Source: Orbicella franksi (Eukaryota). Taken from it: a stretch of DNA of 64,000 nt. The position numbers and the translations under genes were made by a program. The DNA lies in assembly GCA_964199315.1 (NCBI GenBank), contig OZ116703.1, positions 28,210,001-28,274,000 on the forward strand, in the 5' to 3' direction. Position 1 is the first letter of the stretch, and every line of letters starts with the position of its first letter. A model generated the notes under the pieces. It worked only from the letters and a program-made list of their open reading frames with translations. It did no database searches and was not told the origin of the DNA. This document shows, piece after piece, positions 60,473 through 64,000 of the stretch.

Positions 60473-63066
60473 CGTTTTATCGAAAGATGGTGAACATAGA
60501 GATTTACCAGCTGTTTCAGGGGAAGGTCAACTGAGCAAAAATAAATAGTAAGCAAACAAGATTAATGTCTCTGGTCTTGCTTAAGGTCAATTGGTCTATT
60601 TGATTTGTGGTTAAAAGGAGTAACAAGCGACGCCCCAGAAACAAATGCAATGATTGCGACAAAAACACTATTACAGACCCACATGAAGTACTACCTGTCT
60701 ACAAAACAGATTAAAACAAATCGACTTATGATATATATATATATATGCTTAGAAAGAATGTTACCTATCATGAAAGGTGCGTGAATTTAATTTAGCCACT
60801 TGTGTCTATCACTCTTTGTGTCGCAAAGGGTAAATTGAAGCACGTCCGAAACATTCAATCAAGCTAAGGAAAGTCCTCAAATTGATTCTGGTCTTAAACG
60901 ACATTGAAAATTCTTTAACGTAATTAACATCGCAGGCAATTCACTTAGATCCGAAAAAAAGTTAACATTTCTATCTTTTTGTTTAAAACATTCCTTGTAT
61001 GCTCTTTGTGATGGAATCTTTTGTAACAAGGCAACCATAAAAAAGTTCCTTTTGAGTCAATCTGAACATGCGTTTAATTCATGATGCTACTCGGGAAAGG
61101 CGGGAAATCGCTCTGTATCGATGCAGCGGTAACCCCATGTTTCAACGCACTATTAAATCGTGATCATTTACTCACTAGGCATGAGAAAATGTTAAGGGCA
61201 CTCTAAAAGAAACAATGGAACGCCAACCGAAATATAATGGACAGCCGCTGGAACAATTGCACGCTTAGGAAGAATTTAGTAAAAGATTTAAAACTAGCGG
61301 GTTATCTACAACTCCGTCTGACGAAAAAGGTAACTAATTGATGTAAACAAACACAGCGTTCTTTACCTGACCTCCAAAACAATGCAGTTGCTGGTAGGTA
61401 GGTTATATTCCACACTATCAACGTTCTTTGGTGCTAGCTGTCGGCTGAAGTTTCAAACGCCAACCAACAGCACAACTTTGAAAGCGTACGGGCCTAACAG
61501 GGGGTTTATATACGGTAGTAGACACTCCAATTGTAATTTATTATGAGTTTCGCATCTATGTCAAAGAAATGTTTATTTGGTCCTATGTTACAGACTAAGC
61601 TTAAAGGCGTGGTTTTTTATGTGATTTTTGTAATTCCCACTTGAAGTGCTTTTCTCATTTTTCTATCGAAGGTATTATCTAATAGTATAGTCAGAGGAAA
61701 ATACTGATTTAATCACCGAAAGAAAAGCGTCTTTGTTTGTGTAGCTGTCTAGGAAAGTGTATAATGACCCAAACCTTTACTTAACGCTTCAGTTACCGAC
61801 TTCTAGTGAAAATAAATAAACTCTCCAATTAGTGGAACTAACTTAAACATATGGTTAGCAGACCTACAGGCTATTGCATAAGTGTTCGGTTAAAGAAAGA
61901 CAAAAAGCAAGCTTTCATATTGCATGTTTAGATGCGAAGCCTCTATGACCAATCAAACTTCTCTTCTACGTTCATCAAGAAAATAGGCAAATGTTCGGTA
62001 AAGGAGTAAAAAAATAACAAAAGTCATCCTAGTTTTTGATTTATGACAGTTTGCGTTAAATACGCGAGGCCTTAATGGCCCTAATAAACCTCATAGCACT
62101 GTAATCAAGATGTTTTGTAAACATAAAAATGTAATGATTTACGACGCTATAAAGGCCGGCAAATTCGACGCAATTTACCGCAACCCTTTTCTTTAATGCA
62201 GGGGGAGGTGGCGAGGGAAGTCTCAAATTTTCATTCCAGGCAATCTGTAAAGTTGGAGGTCAACAACACCCGAACCTTCATTGTTCTCCGTGTAGCCCTC
62301 CAAGCCTTTGAAAGTATTGTTATCACTAGTTATGTAACCGAAACATCAGGAGTTAAATACATTGTTTATAATTAGTGACACACTTAAAAGGCTAAGAGAA
62401 ATACAATTTACCGGAAACACGGTGCAGAAAAGAGGTAACTTAGTGCAAAAAAAGAAGAAATCTAGCTCAAATACCGACAAAGATTTAAAACGTTAAAACT
62501 TACGAAGAACCATCCGACGTATTTTAAAGTTGGCCAAAGATCGCTTGAGGCCTTTCGAAGACAACCGAAAACATTAGAAATGCTAGTCTTCCAGTCATTC
62601 AAAGACTTCCGAACAGTTCCGAAGATTTCCGAAGACTCGACGATTTTTGAAGTTTTCCTAAGACAACGCGAAGATTGTCGAAGGTCACCTGAGTAATTTT
62701 TAGCTATTTTGCAAAAATATCGTTTGCGTGACCTCCGCGTAAAGTCCACCATGACCCACCATAAACTACTCTCGTCTTATAATGCAGTCCTCCTTTTACC
62801 ACTCTCCGCGACGCTCAATTCTTTCTACCTCCGAGTGTAATGTACCCCTGCCGAGATTTTTCCCGTTTTAGGTTTGTTTCTTTCAGCTTACGTGGCATGC
62901 CTGTGAACTAAATAGGTTTAGCTAAGCACATTGACCTCTCTATAAACAACAACATTTGAACATTTTTTTCGAGGTCTCAATGTATGCAAGCAGTTCGAGC
63001 GACCTCCCAGATGGGACACCAGTAGAGAGTCCCAAGTGGCGGAACCCTACAATATTTGTTGGTCAA

Positions 63067-63220
63067 TAGACCACTTTCGATATATTAAAATTCAGCTTGG
63101 CAGTGAGGCTTAGAGAACACAAACAAAGGAAATTGAATGGCTATGTTCATTCATTTCTTTTGTTTGTGTCCTTTAAGCCTCGCTATCAAGCTGAATTTTA
63201 ATATATCGAACGGTGGCCTA
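63067..63220. mobile_element. Small near-palindromic MITE (TAG..CTA ends)
   Basis: TAGACCACTTTCGATATATTAAAATTCAGCTTG / CAAGCTGAATTTTAATATATCGAACGGTGGCCTA, with pairing continuing inward. Confidence 0.75.
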
Positions 63221-64000
63221 CTCCTGCGTAAGCCGTTCATGCGACCACCCGGATAAGACCATAGTATTTGGCCCCGCACGGCGGTCCCCTTCGATTCATG
63301 CAAACCAGTTCTTCACCAGGCCCAGCCCTAAAGGTATTTCTCGTGCTTCTCGTAAACAAAGAAAAACTGCCGTCATATTCTTTCTTCGTTAATAAAACAC
63401 CAGGCTTAGAAACTCAAGCCACTGTTGCCCAAAGTCTATACACCAATGAATCACGTGTATAGCCAAGCCCCATAATTGCCGGTAGCTCCATGTTACATCT
63501 TACTCCACTCTTAAAGAGATTAAACTTCGTGTTCACGGCAAACAAGAATTTCCATTAGTTAATTGTCTGATGTCACTTTTTGTCGGGTGAGCTCAGTTGA
63601 AATAAAATACTCTGAAAACGAACTTCTACTCAACAAAGCCGCTATATCTATTCCGCCGCACAGCTATCTCAGAAATTCTTCTTCCAAATTGCATACTCTC
63701 TAAATTGAACATAAACAACAGCATCACCTTAAAGCACACGGGAACGACGAGAGAAGGGTTGGCATTTCATACTCAAGTTTTGGACCGCTTCATGTTGAAG
63801 GTGAAAAAGTCTCATAGGGCAGGAAAGTAAGAGTCACGTATACTTGCCGTTTCCCGCGCATGTGATGCTTATGACGTTTCTAATATCTCAAGTCTGTGCA
63901 ATTTTGCAGGGAGCGAAATAAGTAAAAATTACAAATAGTCAATCGCTTTCAGAACAGATTTAGGCTGATGAAGACAAGAGTAAATCATAAACAAACGCCA

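Noticed and set aside
1-64000. Hammerhead ribozymes (CTGANGA...GAAA) in the tandem and tRNA-like repeats
   Set aside because: The CTGATGA sites I checked on both strands lack the required stems and GAAA. Other ribozyme classes cannot be excluded by eye.
1-64000. CRISPR array or prokaryotic operon
   Set aside because: No repeat-spacer array; genes are spliced and the repeats are eukaryotic transposon types.

Overview
Eukaryotic genomic DNA, AT-rich and repeat-dense. The genes and repeat types suggest a cnidarian, probably a stony coral (inference). Four protein-coding genes are supported. (1) UTP6 on +: 22 spliced exons traced from 4157 to 20955 with an unbroken frame; its last exon(s) could not be found. 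(2) A two-exon noggin-like gene on + (30693-34559) with an expanded Cys5-Cys6 loop. (3) A two-exon class I SAM methyltransferase on + (44812-46639). (4) A canonical noggin with an intronless CDS on - (52475-53179). The rest is transposon-derived or non-coding: a deleted IS3EU-type element with ~600-bp TIRs and a 6-bp TSD, TTAA-flanked Kolobok-type elements including a 1.8-kb near-perfect palindrome, hAT, Tc1/pogo and AcademH-type MITEs, and tRNA-derived SINEs. The most unusual observations are two related tRNA-like repeat insertions built as back-to-back inverted, circularly permuted units with ~14-bp flanking repeats; the linked noggin/noggin-like pair; and ~22 copies of TACATGTA confined to UTP6 introns. 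All coordinates were read by eye and no database search was run.
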